Positions 27,155 to 39,300 of a stretch of DNA of 64,000 nucleotides are shown one piece after another. The stretch is taken from contig CACGUZ010000004.1 in NCBI GenBank assembly GCA_902576375.1, forward strand, positions 4,401 through 68,400, in the 5' to 3' direction. Under the pieces are notes generated by a model, which was not told where the DNA came from, did no database searches, and saw only the letters and a program-made list of their open reading frames with translations. Made by a program: the position numbers and the translations under genes. Every line of letters begins with the position of its first letter. Positions within the stretch are counted from its first letter, which is position 1. Origin of the DNA: an uncultured Pelagibacteraceae bacterium. Its GTDB lineage: Bacteria; Pseudomonadota; Alphaproteobacteria; Pelagibacterales; Pelagibacteraceae.

Positions 27155-27370
27155 ATGCCTACTATTGGTTGGTTTGAGATTTTAATTATTGTAGCAATAG
27201 CCATTGTTGTTCTTGGACCAAAAGATTTCCCAATAATGTTAAAAAAAGTTGGCTCATGGATTGGTACAATTAAGAATTATATCAATAATGTCCAAAATGA
27301 AGTTTCTAATATTGATATTGAAAATGATAAAATAGAAAAAAAAGAAGAAAAAAAACATGAGTCAGAATGA
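27155..27370 (+). CDS. tatB: Twin-arginine translocase subunit TatB
   Basis: 71 aa. GWFEILIIVAIAIVVLGPKDFP motif, between tatA and tatC. Confidence 0.85.
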   Translation: MPTIGWFEILIIVAIAIVVLGPKDFPIMLKKVGSWIGTIKNYINNVQNEVSNIDIENDKIEKKEEKKHESE

Positions 27371-28127
27371 TAAAGAAGGTGGTTTTGTAAGCCATTTAGC
27401 TGAATTAAGAAAAAGACTTATACATAGTTTTATTTTTTTAATTGTTTTTTTTGTTGGATGTTATTTTTTTGCAGAACATTTATATGGTTTTTTAGTAGAC
27501 CCTTTCGCCCAAGCCGTTAAAGATGATGGAACTGATAGACGATTAATATTTACTGCTCTCCAGGAAACTTTTTTAACATATCTAAAAATTTCTTTCTTTA
27601 CAGCATTCTTTGTCACTTGCCCGTTTATACTAATGCAAATTTGGAAATTTATAGCACCTGGTTTATATAAACATGAAAAGCATGCAATATTACCTTATCT
27701 AATATTAACTCCAGTGCTTTTTTTTCTTGGAGGGATGTTAGTTTATTATTTGATAATGCCTTTAGCGATAAAATTTTTTTTATCATTTGAAAGCACAGGT
27801 TTATCTACAAATTTACCGATTCAACTTGAGGCTAAGGTAAATGAATATTTATCACTAGTGATGAAACTTATTTTTGCTTTTGGTATAAGTTTTCAATTAC
27901 CTGTGGTCTTAAGTTTACTAGCAAGAATTGGTGTTGTTGATTCTGAATTTTTAAAGAAAAGAAGAAAATACGTTGTAGTTATAATTTTTGCAGCAGCAGC
28001 GTTATTAACACCACCTGATCCTATAACCCAAATTGGTTTAGCGATTCCATTATTAATTTTATATGAATTATCAATTTTTTCTGTAAAGTTTATAGAGGAT
28101 AAGAAATTTAAAGATTCTAATGCATAA
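27357..28127 (+). CDS. tatC: Twin-arginine translocase subunit TatC
   Basis: Six-TM protein with HLAELRKRL near the N-terminus and TPPD. Confidence 0.92.
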   Translation: MSQNDKEGGFVSHLAELRKRLIHSFIFLIVFFVGCYFFAEHLYGFLVDPFAQAVKDDGTDRRLIFTALQETFLTYLKISFFTAFFVTCPFILMQIWKFIAPGLYKHEKHAILPYLILTPVLFFLGGMLVYYLIMPLAIKFFLSFESTGLSTNLPIQLEAKVNEYLSLVMKLIFAFGISFQLPVVLSLLARIGVVDSEFLKKRRKYVVVIIFAAAALLTPPDPITQIGLAIPLLILYELSIFSVKFIEDKKFKDSNA

Positions 28128-29379
28128 CTTAAAGGAAATAAGAAAAAATTTTGATGATTTTAAAAACGCTCTGAAAGGTAGATTTCTTAAGATAGATTTT
28201 AATGAACTTAAAGATTTAGATATTAAAAATAGAAATTTTATTCAAAAAAAAGAGTCTTTAGAAAATGAAAAGAAAGAAATTTCAAAATCTAAAGATGAAA
28301 AATTATTTAAAAAATCAAAAGATATTTCAAATGAAATAGAGGAAATATCAAAACAGCAAAAAATAATAAAAGACCAACTAGATAAAATTTTATCATTTAT
28401 CCCAAATATTCCTCATAAAGATGTTCCTAGTGGAAAAGATGAAAATGATAACGAAGAAATAATGAAATCAGGTCAAATACCAAATTTTGATTTTAAACCC
28501 TTATCACATTATGAATTAGGTGAAAAACTTGGAATGCTTGATTTTGATCTTGCCACAAAAACTACAGGCTCACGGTTTGTATTTGTTAAAAATAAACTAG
28601 CGTTACTAGAAAGAGCTATTTCAAATTTTATGTTAGATACGCATATATTAAAAAATGGTTATGAAGAAATTTCTCCACCTTTATTCGCCTCTGAAAGTAC
28701 AATGTTTGGTACAGGTCAACTTCCTAAATTTGAAAATGATCAATTTGAAATCAAACTAGATGATAATGGGGAAAGAAAGTTTTTGATTCCTACTGCAGAA
28801 GTGATTTTAACTAATATTGTTAAAGATAAGATAATTAATCAAAAAGATCTACCAATGAGATTTGTTGCATCTACACCATGCTTCAGAAAAGAGGCGGGTA
28901 GTTATGGTAAAGATACAAAAGGTATGATTAGACAGCATCAGTTTTACAAAGTTGAAATGGTAAGTATCGTCGAACAGGAAAAATGCCATGAAGAACTTGA
29001 AAGAATGACGAAATGTGCAACATCAATTTTAGATTTATTAGAATTACCATACAGAAAAATGATCCTATGTAGTGGTGACATGGGATTTAGTGCTGAAAAA
29101 ACTTATGACATTGAGGTTTGGTTACCTTCAGAGAAAAAATATAGAGAAATTTCCTCTTGTTCATCTTGTTCAACTTTTCAAGCTGTGAGAATGAAAGCAA
29201 GATATAAGAATCAGAAAAAAGAGACTCTTTACGTTGGTACTTTAAACGGGAGTGGTTTAGCTATAGGTAGAACTTTAATAGCAGTTTTAGAAAATTATCA
29301 ACAAAAAGATGGTTCCATAATAATTCCAAAAGTTTTAAGACCGTATATGGACAATTTGGAAAAAATTTCCGTCAAATAA
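28120..29379 (+). CDS. serS: Serine--tRNA ligase
   Basis: Coiled-coil N-terminal arm and class II core (FRKEAGSYGKDTKGMIRQHQF, GSGLAIGRTLIAVLEN). Confidence 0.93.
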   Translation: MHNLKEIRKNFDDFKNALKGRFLKIDFNELKDLDIKNRNFIQKKESLENEKKEISKSKDEKLFKKSKDISNEIEEISKQQKIIKDQLDKILSFIPNIPHKDVPSGKDENDNEEIMKSGQIPNFDFKPLSHYELGEKLGMLDFDLATKTTGSRFVFVKNKLALLERAISNFMLDTHILKNGYEEISPPLFASESTMFGTGQLPKFENDQFEIKLDDNGERKFLIPTAEVILTNIVKDKIINQKDLPMRFVASTPCFRKEAGSYGKDTKGMIRQHQFYKVEMVSIVEQEKCHEELERMTKCATSILDLLELPYRKMILCSGDMGFSAEKTYDIEVWLPSEKKYREISSCSSCSTFQAVRMKARYKNQKKETLYVGTLNGSGLAIGRTLIAVLENYQQKDGSIIIPKVLRPYMDNLEKISVK

Positions 29380-29433
29380 AGTTGTTTTAACCTTTTAGAT
29401 AGTATAAATAATCAATTTTAATTAAGGAGTTTT

Positions 29434-29721
29434 ATGGATAGCGCAGGAATAGGACAATTTATACCATTAATTTTAATTTTTGTTATTTTTTATTTTTTCT
29501 TAATAAGACCTCAGCAAAAAAAAGTTAAAGAACATAAAGCTATGGTTGAGAGTTTAAAAAAAGGTGACAAAATTGTAACTTCTGGTGGCATTACAGGAAC
29601 GATTTCAAGAGTTGTAGATAATGATAAAATTGAAGTAGAGATTGCCGACAATGTAACGGTTGAGGTGATTAGAGGTACTGGTGTTCAAAGTTTAATGAAC
29701 TCTCAAGAAGTAAAAAAATAA
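29434..29721 (+). CDS. yajC: Preprotein translocase subunit YajC
   Basis: 95 aa. FFLIRPQQKKVKEHKAMVESLKKGDKIVTSGGI. Confidence 0.9.
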   Translation: MDSAGIGQFIPLILIFVIFYFFLIRPQQKKVKEHKAMVESLKKGDKIVTSGGITGTISRVVDNDKIEVEIADNVTVEVIRGTGVQSLMNSQEVKK

Positions 29722-29737
29722 TTTTTTTGAATTTAAA

Positions 29738-31291
29738 GTGTTATATTTTTCAAAATTAAGAATTATTTTTATTACTTTAATTTCCTTACTTTTTATTTTA
29801 TTTGCTATCTCTAACCTTTTTAATTTTGAAAATAAAATATTTAATAAAAAAATTAATTTAGGTTTAGATCTACAAGGTGGTTCTTATCTTTTACTGGAAA
29901 TTGATAATGATCCAGTAATTGAACAAAAACTTCAAAATTTAACAGTTACGATAAGAAATTATTTTAAAGAAAAAAATATCAGAATTACTAATTTTCAACT
30001 TTTAAATCAGACCCTTGTATTTACTTCGGATGAAAATTCAAAACAGGCTATATTGGATGAATTTACATCAGAAGAAAGTGAATTAAATCCTTATTATCAA
30101 AGATTTAAATCACATCAATTGGATATAGTTGAAGACGAAAATTTTTTTAAGGTTTCTTTCTCTAAGCAAGGAATTGTTAATCTAAAAACCTCATCTCAAG
30201 ATCAAGCGCTAGAAATAGTTAGAAGAAGAATAGATGAAATCGGTACAAATGAACCCAATATTTTAAAAAGAGGTAATGACAGAATATTAGTTGAGTTACC
30301 AGGTTTAGATGATCCGATGAGAATAAAATCTTTACTCGGAAAAACTGCAAATTTAACATTTAGATTTGTTACGAATAATACCGAAGGTTCATTTGGAGCA
30401 GAAAAATTAGAATTTGAAGATGGTACCGAGGAAGCAATGGTTAGTAAAAGAATTATACTAAGTGGTGAAAATCTTCTAGATGCTCAACCAAGAATGGATA
30501 CAGAAAACAATGAGACTGTTGTGACTTTTTCTCTTGATAGGGTAGGAGCAAAAAGATTCGGTAAAGCCACATTAAATGGCGTTGGTAAAAGATTGGCTAT
30601 CGTTTTGGATGGAAAAGTTATTAGTGCTCCAGTTATCAGAGATACTATTGCAACTGGGTCTGGTCAAATTAGTGGAGGATTTACATTTCAATCAGCAACA
30701 GATCTTGCTTTGCTTTTAAGATCAGGTGCGTTGCCTGCTCCATTAAATATTATTGAAGAAAGAACTGTTGGTCCAGATTTAGGACAGGACTCTATAAACG
30801 CAGGTATGATTGCTTTATTAATTGGTTTTATACTGGTCATACTTTATATTTTCGTTAAATATAAAATTTTTGGAATTATCACTAATATCGCTTTAATATT
30901 AAATCTTTTTATATTAATTGGAATACTAACCATTTTTGAAGCTACTTTAACTCTACCTGGTATAGCAGGAATAATTCTTACGGTGGGTATGGCTGTTGAT
31001 GCAAATGTTCTAATTTTTGAGAGAATTAAAGAGGAGTTAAAGGGTGAAAAAAATAATTTAATAGCATTTGACAGTGGTTACACAAAATCTAGAACTGCTA
31101 TATTAGATGCGAATATTACTACTTTATTAGCAGCGATCATTTTATTTTTTATGGGATCAGGTCCAATTAAAGGATTTTCATTAACACTTGGAATTGGAAT
31201 ATTTACAACACTTTTCACTGTTTATTTTATAGCTAGATTATTAACCGTTTTGTACGTATCAAAAAATAAAGAAAAAGAGGGACTGATTTAG
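29738..31291 (+). CDS. secD: Protein translocase subunit SecD
   Basis: GTG start. LGLDLQGG motif, periplasmic domain and C-terminal six-TM bundle. Confidence 0.92.
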   Translation: MLYFSKLRIIFITLISLLFILFAISNLFNFENKIFNKKINLGLDLQGGSYLLLEIDNDPVIEQKLQNLTVTIRNYFKEKNIRITNFQLLNQTLVFTSDENSKQAILDEFTSEESELNPYYQRFKSHQLDIVEDENFFKVSFSKQGIVNLKTSSQDQALEIVRRRIDEIGTNEPNILKRGNDRILVELPGLDDPMRIKSLLGKTANLTFRFVTNNTEGSFGAEKLEFEDGTEEAMVSKRIILSGENLLDAQPRMDTENNETVVTFSLDRVGAKRFGKATLNGVGKRLAIVLDGKVISAPVIRDTIATGSGQISGGFTFQSATDLALLLRSGALPAPLNIIEERTVGPDLGQDSINAGMIALLIGFILVILYIFVKYKIFGIITNIALILNLFILIGILTIFEATLTLPGIAGIILTVGMAVDANVLIFERIKEELKGEKNNLIAFDSGYTKSRTAILDANITTLLAAIILFFMGSGPIKGFSLTLGIGIFTTLFTVYFIARLLTVLYVSKNKEKEGLI

Positions 31292-32176
31292 ATGATTGCC
31301 TTTAACAAATATTACAATAAATTTAATATTCTTTCAGTATCTTTAGTAATTGCTTCTTTATTGTTACTTACATTTAAAGGTTTAAATTTTGGAATAGATT
31401 TTAAAGGTGGAACTCTCATTGAATTAAGGTCTACAGATACTAAAATTAATGTTTCTTCATTAAGAGATAATTTAAATCAAATGAATTTGGGCGATGTATC
31501 TGTTAAAAACTTCGGCAATGAGACTGATTTTTTAATTAAGTTTGAAAACAATGAAAATAAAAACATAATTGAAGAAATTAAAAAGAATTTAGATAAATCA
31601 TTCGGGAATAACTTCAATTTCAGACGAGTAGAAAATGTTGGCCCTAAAGTTAGTGCCGAATTATTAAGATCAGGTGTTATTGCAATATCTGTAGCTTTGT
31701 TTTTGATGCTTGTCTATATTTGGATAAGATTTGAATGGCAATTTAGCTTAGGTGCTATAGTAGCTTTATTTCATGACGTCATTGTTACACTTGGCCTCTT
31801 TTCTTTACTAGGTCTTGAGATTAATCTTTCAATAATTGCAGCAGTACTAACAATAGTTGGTTATTCAATGAACGATACAGTTGTTATTTTTGATAGAGTT
31901 AGAGAGAACTTGAGAAAATATTCAGATATAAAAATTTTTGAATTAACAAATATCTCTATAAATGAAACTTTATCTCGAACTTTGATTACTTCTGTAACAA
32001 CTTTATTAGCCTTACTCTCAATATTCTTTTTTGGTGGTGAAGTTTTAAAAGGTTTCTCTTTAGCTATGATTTTCGGAGTAATCTTTGGTACTTATTCATC
32101 GATTTATATTGCAAATACAGTACTAGTAAGACTCAATGTATCTCAAAAAACAGTCCTAAGAGAAGATAAAAACTAA
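31292..32176 (+). CDS. secF: Protein translocase subunit SecF
   Basis: GIDFKGGT motif and six TM helices. 0-nt junction with secD. Confidence 0.92.
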   Translation: MIAFNKYYNKFNILSVSLVIASLLLLTFKGLNFGIDFKGGTLIELRSTDTKINVSSLRDNLNQMNLGDVSVKNFGNETDFLIKFENNENKNIIEEIKKNLDKSFGNNFNFRRVENVGPKVSAELLRSGVIAISVALFLMLVYIWIRFEWQFSLGAIVALFHDVIVTLGLFSLLGLEINLSIIAAVLTIVGYSMNDTVVIFDRVRENLRKYSDIKIFELTNISINETLSRTLITSVTTLLALLSIFFFGGEVLKGFSLAMIFGVIFGTYSSIYIANTVLVRLNVSQKTVLREDKN

Positions 32177-32775
32177 TATAAATTTTGAGCAGCCACCATT
32201 GAAAGTAGCATTGGTAAGGATAATAAAGTATTTGTTCTTGAAAACAACATTGCTGTTTTAGCTGATTTTGCTTTTACCTCAGGTTCGCATTCTACTATAC
32301 CTAACGCTTTTTTCTGATTAGGCCAAATTACAAACCATACGTTAAAAGCCATAATAACGCCCAACCACATCCCGATTCCAATAGCAGTATGTTTTGGCAC
32401 CCCTGAGCCTATACTAAAAGTCATAGCATCGTGAAGATATCCATTTAACCATGCTAGTATAAAACCTGATAAAATTGTAAGTGCTGCTGCCCATCTAAAA
32501 TAAAAAAGAGCAGCTGGAGCAATAACTTTTCCTATTGCTGGTTTTTGTTCATCTGGAATTTTACCCATGTTTGGAATCTGTACAAAATTAAAGTACCACA
32601 AAAGACCAATCCACATTATAGCTACTACGACGTGAAAAAATCTCGTCAACCATGACCAGAATAGTCTATCAAAACTAAATCCGTCATTTTGATAGAATAA
32701 TCCAAAAAAAACAATCACAGCTAAGGCTAGCGAAGCGTGTATTGTTCTTGGTAGAGAAGCTAATAATTTATCCAT
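32173..32775 (-). CDS. Integral membrane protein of unknown function; possibly a PuuD/urate-oxidase-N-type membrane domain without a cytochrome c domain
   Basis: 200 aa, about 5 TM helices. The motif IMWIGLLWYFNFVQIP reminds me of PuuD-type membrane domains. This is from memory only. Confidence 0.45.
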   Translation of the reverse strand: MDKLLASLPRTIHASLALAVIVFFGLFYQNDGFSFDRLFWSWLTRFFHVVVAIMWIGLLWYFNFVQIPNMGKIPDEQKPAIGKVIAPAALFYFRWAAALTILSGFILAWLNGYLHDAMTFSIGSGVPKHTAIGIGMWLGVIMAFNVWFVIWPNQKKALGIVECEPEVKAKSAKTAMLFSRTNTLLSLPMLLSMVAAQNLY

Positions 32776-32819
32776 ATCTAAATATACTGATTTTGATTAA
32801 GTTTAACAATGATTTTTTC

Positions 32820-35675
32820 TTAGTTTAAAAGTGGTTTCAAAAATTTTCCAGTATAACTTTCATTAATTTTACAAATTTCCTCTGGCTTTCCCTCTGCGAT
32901 AATTTTTCCACCTTTGACACCACCTTCTGGGCCCATATCAACAATATAATCAGCTGTTTTTATTACATCTAAATTGTGTTCAATCACAACAACTGTATTT
33001 CCCAGAGCTACAAATGTATGGAGAATTTCAAGTAATTTTTTTATATCATGTTGATGTAAACCAGTAGTTGGTTCATCTAGTATGTACATTGTTCTTCCTG
33101 TAGATCTTTTTGATAACTCTTTAGCTAACTTAATTCTTTGAGCTTCACCACCCGATAGAGTTGTAGCTTGCTGGCCAATTTTAATATACCCCAAACCAAC
33201 CTTTTTTAAGGTTAGTAATTTTGTTTTGATATTAGATATATTTTCAAAATATTCACATCCCTCATCTACAGTCATATTCAAAACATCAGCAATACTTTTA
33301 TCTTTAAACTTAATTTCTAGAGTTTCTCTGTTGTATCTTGTGCCTTTACATTCATCACATTGAATATAAACATCTGGCAAAAAGTGCATTTCATAAGTAA
33401 TGACCCCATCTCCTTCACACGCTTCACATCTACCACCTTTAACATTAAATGAAAATCTCCCAGGTTTATAACCTCTAGACTTTGACTCAGGTAATCCAGT
33501 AAACCAATCTCTTATAGGACCAAAAGCACCTGTATAGGTTGCTGGATTAGATCTAGGAGTTCTTCCGATAGGTGATTGGTCAATATCGATTATCTTATCT
33601 ACTAATTCTGTTCCCTTAAAACCTTTAAAGGGTTTTGGAATTTTTCTTGATTTGTTATTATTTAGTGTAAGATTTAAAGCGTTGTACAGAGTCTGTAATA
33701 CAAGAGTAGATTTTCCGCTACCTGATACCCCTGTTACACAAGTTAAGCTTCCTAGTGGAATTTTTAAGTTTACATTATTAAGATTATTTCCGGTTGCACC
33801 TGTAATTTCTAAAAATCTTCCATTCTTAGCTAATCTTCTTTTTGATGGTACATTTATTTTGAATTTGTTTGATAGATATTTTCCAGTTATGCTATTTTGA
33901 TTTTGACTTATTTCTTTTATTGAACCTGCAGCAACAACTTCACCACCTTTGTTACCAGCTTCTGGCCCAAGATCAATTATATGATCTGCATTCTCCATTG
34001 TTTCAGTATCATGTTCAACTACAATAACTGTATTGCCCAAATCTCTTAATCTTTTTAAAGCATTGATAAGTTTAACATTGTCTTTTTGATGAAGACCTAT
34101 TGATGGTTCATCTAAAACATATAAAACACCTGTTAACCCAGAACCGATTTGTGATGCTAATCTTATTCTTTGTGCTTCCCCACCAGATAAAGTTCCAGAC
34201 TCTCTCGAGAGAGTTAGATAATCAAGACCAACATTTAGTAAAAAATTTAATCTTTCGTTAATTTCTTTTAAAATATGTTCTGCGATTTTAACTTGTCTTT
34301 TGTCTAAATTGTTCTTTAAATTATCAAACCATATTGCAGCATCTGAAATTGATTTTTCTGTAACCTCACTGATGTGAAGACCATCAATTTTTACACATAA
34401 TGCTTCATCTTTTAATCTATGACCATTACACCTTTCACACTTGGTATCTGATTGATATTGAGCAATTTCTTCTCTTTTCCAATCACTATCTGTCTCTAGG
34501 TATCTTCTTTCTAAGTTGTTAATTACACCTTCAAAAGTTTTTTTATGTGAATATTTCTCGTAACCATCGTCATATGTAAATTTTATTTCCTCATCATCAG
34601 ACCCATAAAGGATAATATCTTTAATTTTTTTTGGTAATTTTGACCATTTTTCTTCTAGAGAAAATCCATAATGCTTAGCTAAAGAACTTAATGTTTGAGC
34701 ATAATATAATGTTGTTGTTTTTGCCCATGGTTCGATCGCACCATCAACGATACTTTTTTTCTCATTTGGTATAACTAAATTTGGGTCAACATTAAGCTTT
34801 ATTCCGATACCCTCACATTCCTCACAAGCACCAAATGGACTATTGAAAGAAAATAATCTTGGTTCAATTTCTTCTATGGTAAATCCACTTTCAGGACATG
34901 CAAATTTTGTCGAAAAAATTAACTTTTCTATTTTTCTGAATTTTTTTGGTAAGGTTTCATCTTCATATTCAACAAACAAAAGACCATTAGCTAGCTGTAT
35001 TGAAGTCTCTATACCTTCTGCAAGTCGATTTCCTAAAGACGAGTTAAGAACTATTCTATCAACAAGTATTGAAATATCATGTTTAATTTTCTTATTTAAC
35101 TCTGGAACTTTTTCAATATCATATAAAATATCATCAATTTTGATTTTTCTAAAACCTCTTTTTTTATAATTTAAAATCTCTTTTCTATATTCACCTTTTC
35201 TTCCTCTAACTACAGGAGCATAAAGATAAATAGTTGATTTTTTTGGTAATTTTCTAATTTTATCTACAATTTGACTAACTGTTTGTGACTCTATTGGTTT
35301 ACCAGTGAAAGGTGAATATGGAATACCAGCTCTAGCATATAACACCCTCATATAATCATAAATCTCGGTTACTGTTGCAACTGTCGATCTAGGATTCTTT
35401 GATGTATTTTTTTGCTCTATTGATATCGCAGGACTTAATCCCTCAATAAGATCTACATTTGGCTTTTTCATTTTATCTAAAAATTGTCTCGCATACGCGG
35501 ATAAACTTTCGACATATCTTCTTTGACCTTCTGCATAAATTGTATCGAAAGCTAATGAAGATTTTCCTGACCCAGATAGTCCGGTAATTACAATAAATTT
35601 ATCCTTTGGAATTTCTAAAGATATATTTTTTAAATTATGTTCTTTTGCACCCTTTATAACTATCTTTTTAATCAT
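32820..35675 (-). CDS. uvrA: Excinuclease ABC subunit A
   Basis: 951 aa. Two ABC modules ([18 protein letters not shown]; two LSGGEAQRI), Zn modules CEECEGIG and CEACEGDG. Confidence 0.95.
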   Translation of the reverse strand: MIKKIVIKGAKEHNLKNISLEIPKDKFIVITGLSGSGKSSLAFDTIYAEGQRRYVESLSAYARQFLDKMKKPNVDLIEGLSPAISIEQKNTSKNPRSTVATVTEIYDYMRVLYARAGIPYSPFTGKPIESQTVSQIVDKIRKLPKKSTIYLYAPVVRGRKGEYRKEILNYKKRGFRKIKIDDILYDIEKVPELNKKIKHDISILVDRIVLNSSLGNRLAEGIETSIQLANGLLFVEYEDETLPKKFRKIEKLIFSTKFACPESGFTIEEIEPRLFSFNSPFGACEECEGIGIKLNVDPNLVIPNEKKSIVDGAIEPWAKTTTLYYAQTLSSLAKHYGFSLEEKWSKLPKKIKDIILYGSDDEEIKFTYDDGYEKYSHKKTFEGVINNLERRYLETDSDWKREEIAQYQSDTKCERCNGHRLKDEALCVKIDGLHISEVTEKSISDAAIWFDNLKNNLDKRQVKIAEHILKEINERLNFLLNVGLDYLTLSRESGTLSGGEAQRIRLASQIGSGLTGVLYVLDEPSIGLHQKDNVKLINALKRLRDLGNTVIVVEHDTETMENADHIIDLGPEAGNKGGEVVAAGSIKEISQNQNSITGKYLSNKFKINVPSKRRLAKNGRFLEITGATGNNLNNVNLKIPLGSLTCVTGVSGSGKSTLVLQTLYNALNLTLNNNKSRKIPKPFKGFKGTELVDKIIDIDQSPIGRTPRSNPATYTGAFGPIRDWFTGLPESKSRGYKPGRFSFNVKGGRCEACEGDGVITYEMHFLPDVYIQCDECKGTRYNRETLEIKFKDKSIADVLNMTVDEGCEYFENISNIKTKLLTLKKVGLGYIKIGQQATTLSGGEAQRIKLAKELSKRSTGRTMYILDEPTTGLHQHDIKKLLEILHTFVALGNTVVVIEHNLDVIKTADYIVDMGPEGGVKGGKIIAEGKPEEICKINESYTGKFLKPLLN

Positions 35676-35765
35676 AATTTTTGTTGCTTTGGCCTAATAA
35701 AATTAATATTCAGAGTAAAATTGTGATATAAATTAATTAACTAATAAAATAAATATTAAAATATT

Positions 35766-36221
35766 ATGGCTGGAAGTTTAAATAAAGTACTTTTAATTGG
35801 TCGTTTAGGCGCAGATCCTGAAATCAAGCAAATGGTTAATGGAAAAAGCGTTGCGAGATTAAGTCTTGCAACAAGCCAATCATGGAAAGATAAAAATACA
35901 GGTGAAAAAAAAGAAAAAACTGAATGGCACCGTATAGTTGTATTTAATGAGGGTTTAGTAAATGTTGTTCAACAATATCTCAAAAAAGGTGCTCAAGTTT
36001 ATGTTGAGGGTCAAATTTCAACAAGAAAATGGAAGGATGAACAATCGGGACAAGACAAATATTCAACTGAAGTAGTTATACAAGGTTATAATTCATCTCT
36101 AACTATGCTTGGAGGCGGAAATTCAGGTGGTGGTATAGCCAATGATAATTCACAAGCATCAAATAATACTGAGGATTTATCTCAAGTACAAAATGATATG
36201 GACGACGATATTCCATTCTAA
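35766..36221 (+). CDS. ssb: Single-stranded DNA-binding protein
   Basis: OB-fold N-terminus ([14 protein letters not shown]), Gly-rich linker and acidic tail DDDIPF. Confidence 0.93.
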   Translation: MAGSLNKVLLIGRLGADPEIKQMVNGKSVARLSLATSQSWKDKNTGEKKEKTEWHRIVVFNEGLVNVVQQYLKKGAQVYVEGQISTRKWKDEQSGQDKYSTEVVIQGYNSSLTMLGGGNSGGGIANDNSQASNNTEDLSQVQNDMDDDIPF

Positions 36222-36226
36222 TCATT

Positions 36227-38806
36227 ATGGAAAAAAACGAAGTTTCTAAAGATAAAAACATAAAACTAATTTCAATGCATGATGAGATGAGTTCATCTTA
36301 TCTATCGTATGCAATGAGTGTCATTGTTAGTAGAGCTCTACCAGATGTTAGAGATGGCTTAAAACCTGTACATAGAAGAATATTATATGCAATGTATAAG
36401 GGTGGTTATGATTGGTCGAAACAATTTAGAAAATCTGCAAGAATAGTTGGAGATGTAATTGGTAAATATCATCCGCATGGTGATCAATCAGTCTATGACG
36501 CTCTAGTTCGTATGGTCCAAGATTTTTCAATGAGCTTACCTCTCGTAGATGGTCAAGGAAATTTTGGATCTATAGATGGTGATCCAGCAGCCGCTATGAG
36601 ATACACAGAAACGAGATTATCAAAAGTCTCACAATTTTTAATCGATGATATAGAAAAAAATACAATTGATTTTAAAAGTAATTATGATGAAACAGAAAAA
36701 GAACCATCTGTATTGCCTGCGCAATTTCCAAATTTATTAGTAAATGGAGCAGGGGGTATTGCTGTTGGTATGGCAACAAGTATTCCACCTCATAATTTAG
36801 GAGAGATTATTAATGGTACATTAGCTTTAATTGATAATAAAGATATTAAGATTAAAGATTTAATGAAGCACATACCTGGACCTGATTTTCCCACAGGTGG
36901 TGTAATTATTGGTAAAGATATTATTAAACAGGGTTATAACAAAGGTAGAGGCTCTTTTAAAATTAGAGGTGAAATATCAAACGAAACTCTTAAAAATGGT
37001 AGAGATAGATTAGTTATAAATTCTATTCCTTATCAAGTTAATAAATCTGTGTTGAATGAGAGAATAGCCCAATTAGTTAGAGAAAAGAAAATAGAGGGTA
37101 TTAGAGATATAAGAGATGAGTCCAACAGAGAAGGTATAAGAGTCTCTATAGATTTAAGAACAGGCGTTGAACCTGAGACTGTTAAAAGACAATTATACAA
37201 GAACACTCAAATAGAAAGTTCATTTGGGTTTAATACTCTTGCAATTGTAGATGGTAAGCCAAAGACTTGTAATCTTAAAGAATTTTTAGAGAATTTTTTA
37301 AAATTTAGAGAAGATGTTGTACTCAAGAAAACAAAATTTGATCTTAATAAAGCAGAGGATAGAGCGCATATCTTAATTGGTCTATCAGTATCCGTTGAGA
37401 ATTTAGATAAAGTAATAAAGATTATAAGAGGTTCAAAAACTCCAGATGATGCAAAAAAATCTTTATTAAATACTAAATGGAAAATTAATAAATCAAAAAA
37501 AATGGTTTCATTGATAGAGACCAAAAATTCAAAAGGTTTATATAATTTATCAGTAGTGCAAGTTGAAGCTATATTAGAATTAAGATTACAAAAATTGACA
37601 GCACTTGGTATTAATGAAATAGAAGTCGAAATAAAAAAACTATCTGAGTTAATTTTTTCATTAAAAAAAATTATATCTTCAAAAAAAGAATTATTAAAAG
37701 TAATCAGCAATGAACTTAAAGAAATAAAAGAAAAATATGCAACACCAAGAAGAACAAAAATCATTGATGCAGTACTTAATTACGACATTGAAGAAACAAT
37801 ACAAAAAGAAACTGTTCTTATAACTGTTACCTTACAAGGCTATATAAAAAGAGGATCACTTAAAACTGTAAAGATTCAAAAAAGAGGAGGTAAAGGTAAA
37901 ACTGGTATCACAACTAGAAATGAAGACTCTGTAGTTCAAACTCTATCAGTTAATACTCATACTTCTGTTCTATTTTTTTCTACTGAAGGTCTTGTTTATA
38001 AAGTAAAAGCATGGAAAATACCTGAAGGTTCAGCATCATCAAAAGGCAAATCTTTATTTAATATTTTGCCACTTAAAAATCATCAATCAATAAGTTCAAT
38101 TATGCCGTTTCCTGAAAGTGATGAAGATTCAAGTAAATATCAGATAGTTTTTGCAACCTCACAAGGCAAAGTTAGAAAAAACAGTTTAGAAGATTTCGCT
38201 TCGATTAATACATCAGGAAAAATAGCAATGAAGCTAGATACTAATGATAAAATAATTGGAGTTAAAATTTGTAAAGATGATCAAGATATAATTTTAAGTA
38301 CAAAATTTGGAAAGTGTATTAGATTTGAGTCTAAAAAGTTAAGAATATTCAAGGGAAGATCGTCAAAAGGTATAAAGGGAATTGAATTAGCATCTAATGA
38401 TGAAATAGTCTCCTTATCAATTATTGATAATAATAAGTTAAAGAAAAATGGAAAAAATACAAAAGATGATAAGTCTGAATTAGCGGCGAAACAAAAATTT
38501 ATTTTATCTATTAGTGAAAATGGTTTTGGCAAAAAAACCTCGCATTATGACTACAGAACAACAAATAGAGGTGGTAAAGGAATTATTGGAATAATTAATT
38601 CACCAAGAAATGGGAATATTGCATCATCGTTTCCTGTATATGAGGGAGACGAAATAATGATTTCTACAAATAAGGGTAGAGTGATAAGGTTAGCTGTTAA
38701 AGAAATCAGAACAGCTGGAAGAAACACACAAGGAGTAAGAATAATTAAGTTATCTGGCGATGAAAAAGTTGTTTCAGCAATTAAAATTGATGATAATTTA
38801 ATATAA
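36227..38806 (+). CDS. gyrA: DNA gyrase subunit A
   Basis: [31 protein letters not shown] (catalytic Tyr) and C-terminal beta-pinwheel repeats. Confidence 0.95.
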   Translation: MEKNEVSKDKNIKLISMHDEMSSSYLSYAMSVIVSRALPDVRDGLKPVHRRILYAMYKGGYDWSKQFRKSARIVGDVIGKYHPHGDQSVYDALVRMVQDFSMSLPLVDGQGNFGSIDGDPAAAMRYTETRLSKVSQFLIDDIEKNTIDFKSNYDETEKEPSVLPAQFPNLLVNGAGGIAVGMATSIPPHNLGEIINGTLALIDNKDIKIKDLMKHIPGPDFPTGGVIIGKDIIKQGYNKGRGSFKIRGEISNETLKNGRDRLVINSIPYQVNKSVLNERIAQLVREKKIEGIRDIRDESNREGIRVSIDLRTGVEPETVKRQLYKNTQIESSFGFNTLAIVDGKPKTCNLKEFLENFLKFREDVVLKKTKFDLNKAEDRAHILIGLSVSVENLDKVIKIIRGSKTPDDAKKSLLNTKWKINKSKKMVSLIETKNSKGLYNLSVVQVEAILELRLQKLTALGINEIEVEIKKLSELIFSLKKIISSKKELLKVISNELKEIKEKYATPRRTKIIDAVLNYDIEETIQKETVLITVTLQGYIKRGSLKTVKIQKRGGKGKTGITTRNEDSVVQTLSVNTHTSVLFFSTEGLVYKVKAWKIPEGSASSKGKSLFNILPLKNHQSISSIMPFPESDEDSSKYQIVFATSQGKVRKNSLEDFASINTSGKIAMKLDTNDKIIGVKICKDDQDIILSTKFGKCIRFESKKLRIFKGRSSKGIKGIELASNDEIVSLSIIDNNKLKKNGKNTKDDKSELAAKQKFILSISENGFGKKTSHYDYRTTNRGGKGIIGIINSPRNGNIASSFPVYEGDEIMISTNKGRVIRLAVKEIRTAGRNTQGVRIIKLSGDEKVVSAIKIDDNLI

Positions 38807-39300
38807 TGTCTAAGACAGCTATCTATCCAGGAACTTTTGATCCAATTACTTTTGGTCATATTGATGTAATAAAAAAGGCATTAAAATTATTTGATAAAAT
38901 TGTTGTGGCCGTATCAGATGGTGAAAATAAAGATTATCTTTTTGATGCTGAGGAAAGATTAGAGATTGTAAGAAATGCTCTTTTTAAAGATCTAAAAATG
39001 AATAAAAAAAAAATAACTTTGATTTCATTTAAATCATTAACAACTAGCCTTTGTAAAAAATACAAATCAAATATTATATTGAGAGGTTTGAGAGCAGTAT
39101 CAGATTTTGAATACGAGTTCCAACTAGCTGGTATGAATAGAAAATTGAATAATAATATTGAAACTTTATTTTTAATGTCAGATGTAGAAAATCAAATTAT
39201 TTCCTCAAAGTTTGTTAAAGAAATCATTAAACTTAATGGAGATATAAAAAAATTTACAACTAAAAGTACTATTAAAGCTTTAAAAGATAAATATGAGTAA
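38806..39300 (+). CDS. coaD: Phosphopantetheine adenylyltransferase
   Basis: YPGTFDPITFGH motif. TAATG overlap with gyrA. Confidence 0.92.
   Translation: MSKTAIYPGTFDPITFGHIDVIKKALKLFDKIVVAVSDGENKDYLFDAEERLEIVRNALFKDLKMNKKKITLISFKSLTTSLCKKYKSNIILRGLRAVSDFEYEFQLAGMNRKLNNNIETLFLMSDVENQIISSKFVKEIIKLNGDIKKFTTKSTIKALKDKYE

Noticed and set aside
35676-35765. I searched the uvrA / ssb divergent spacer for an alphaproteobacterial LexA box (GTTC-N7-GTTC or GAAC-N7-GAAC).
   Set aside because: No such motif is present in the 90-bp spacer, so I make no SOS-box call.
37207-37764. A 185-aa ORF antisense to gyrA, together with many other antisense ORFs of 60-143 aa in the track: 798-1229, 1907-2263, 12034-12423, 26173-26511, 33652-33900, 34843-35169, 38281-38532, 38551-38859, 44457-44738, 50137-50355, 54099-54323, 54627-54809, 62496-62711 and others.
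   Set aside because: For 25 of the 27 antisense ORFs I checked, the ORF lies in the same register relative to the sense gene: (ORF low coordinate minus sense start) mod 3 = 2. The equivalent holds for minus-strand genes. In that register an antisense stop needs the sense pattern NNY-TAN or NNT-CAN, meaning Tyr, His or Gln codons in a particular context. This frame therefore stays open by codon structure alone. The predicted products are Phe/Leu/Ser/Ile-rich mirror images of Lys/Glu/Asn-rich sense proteins and have no RBS. They are shadow ORFs.
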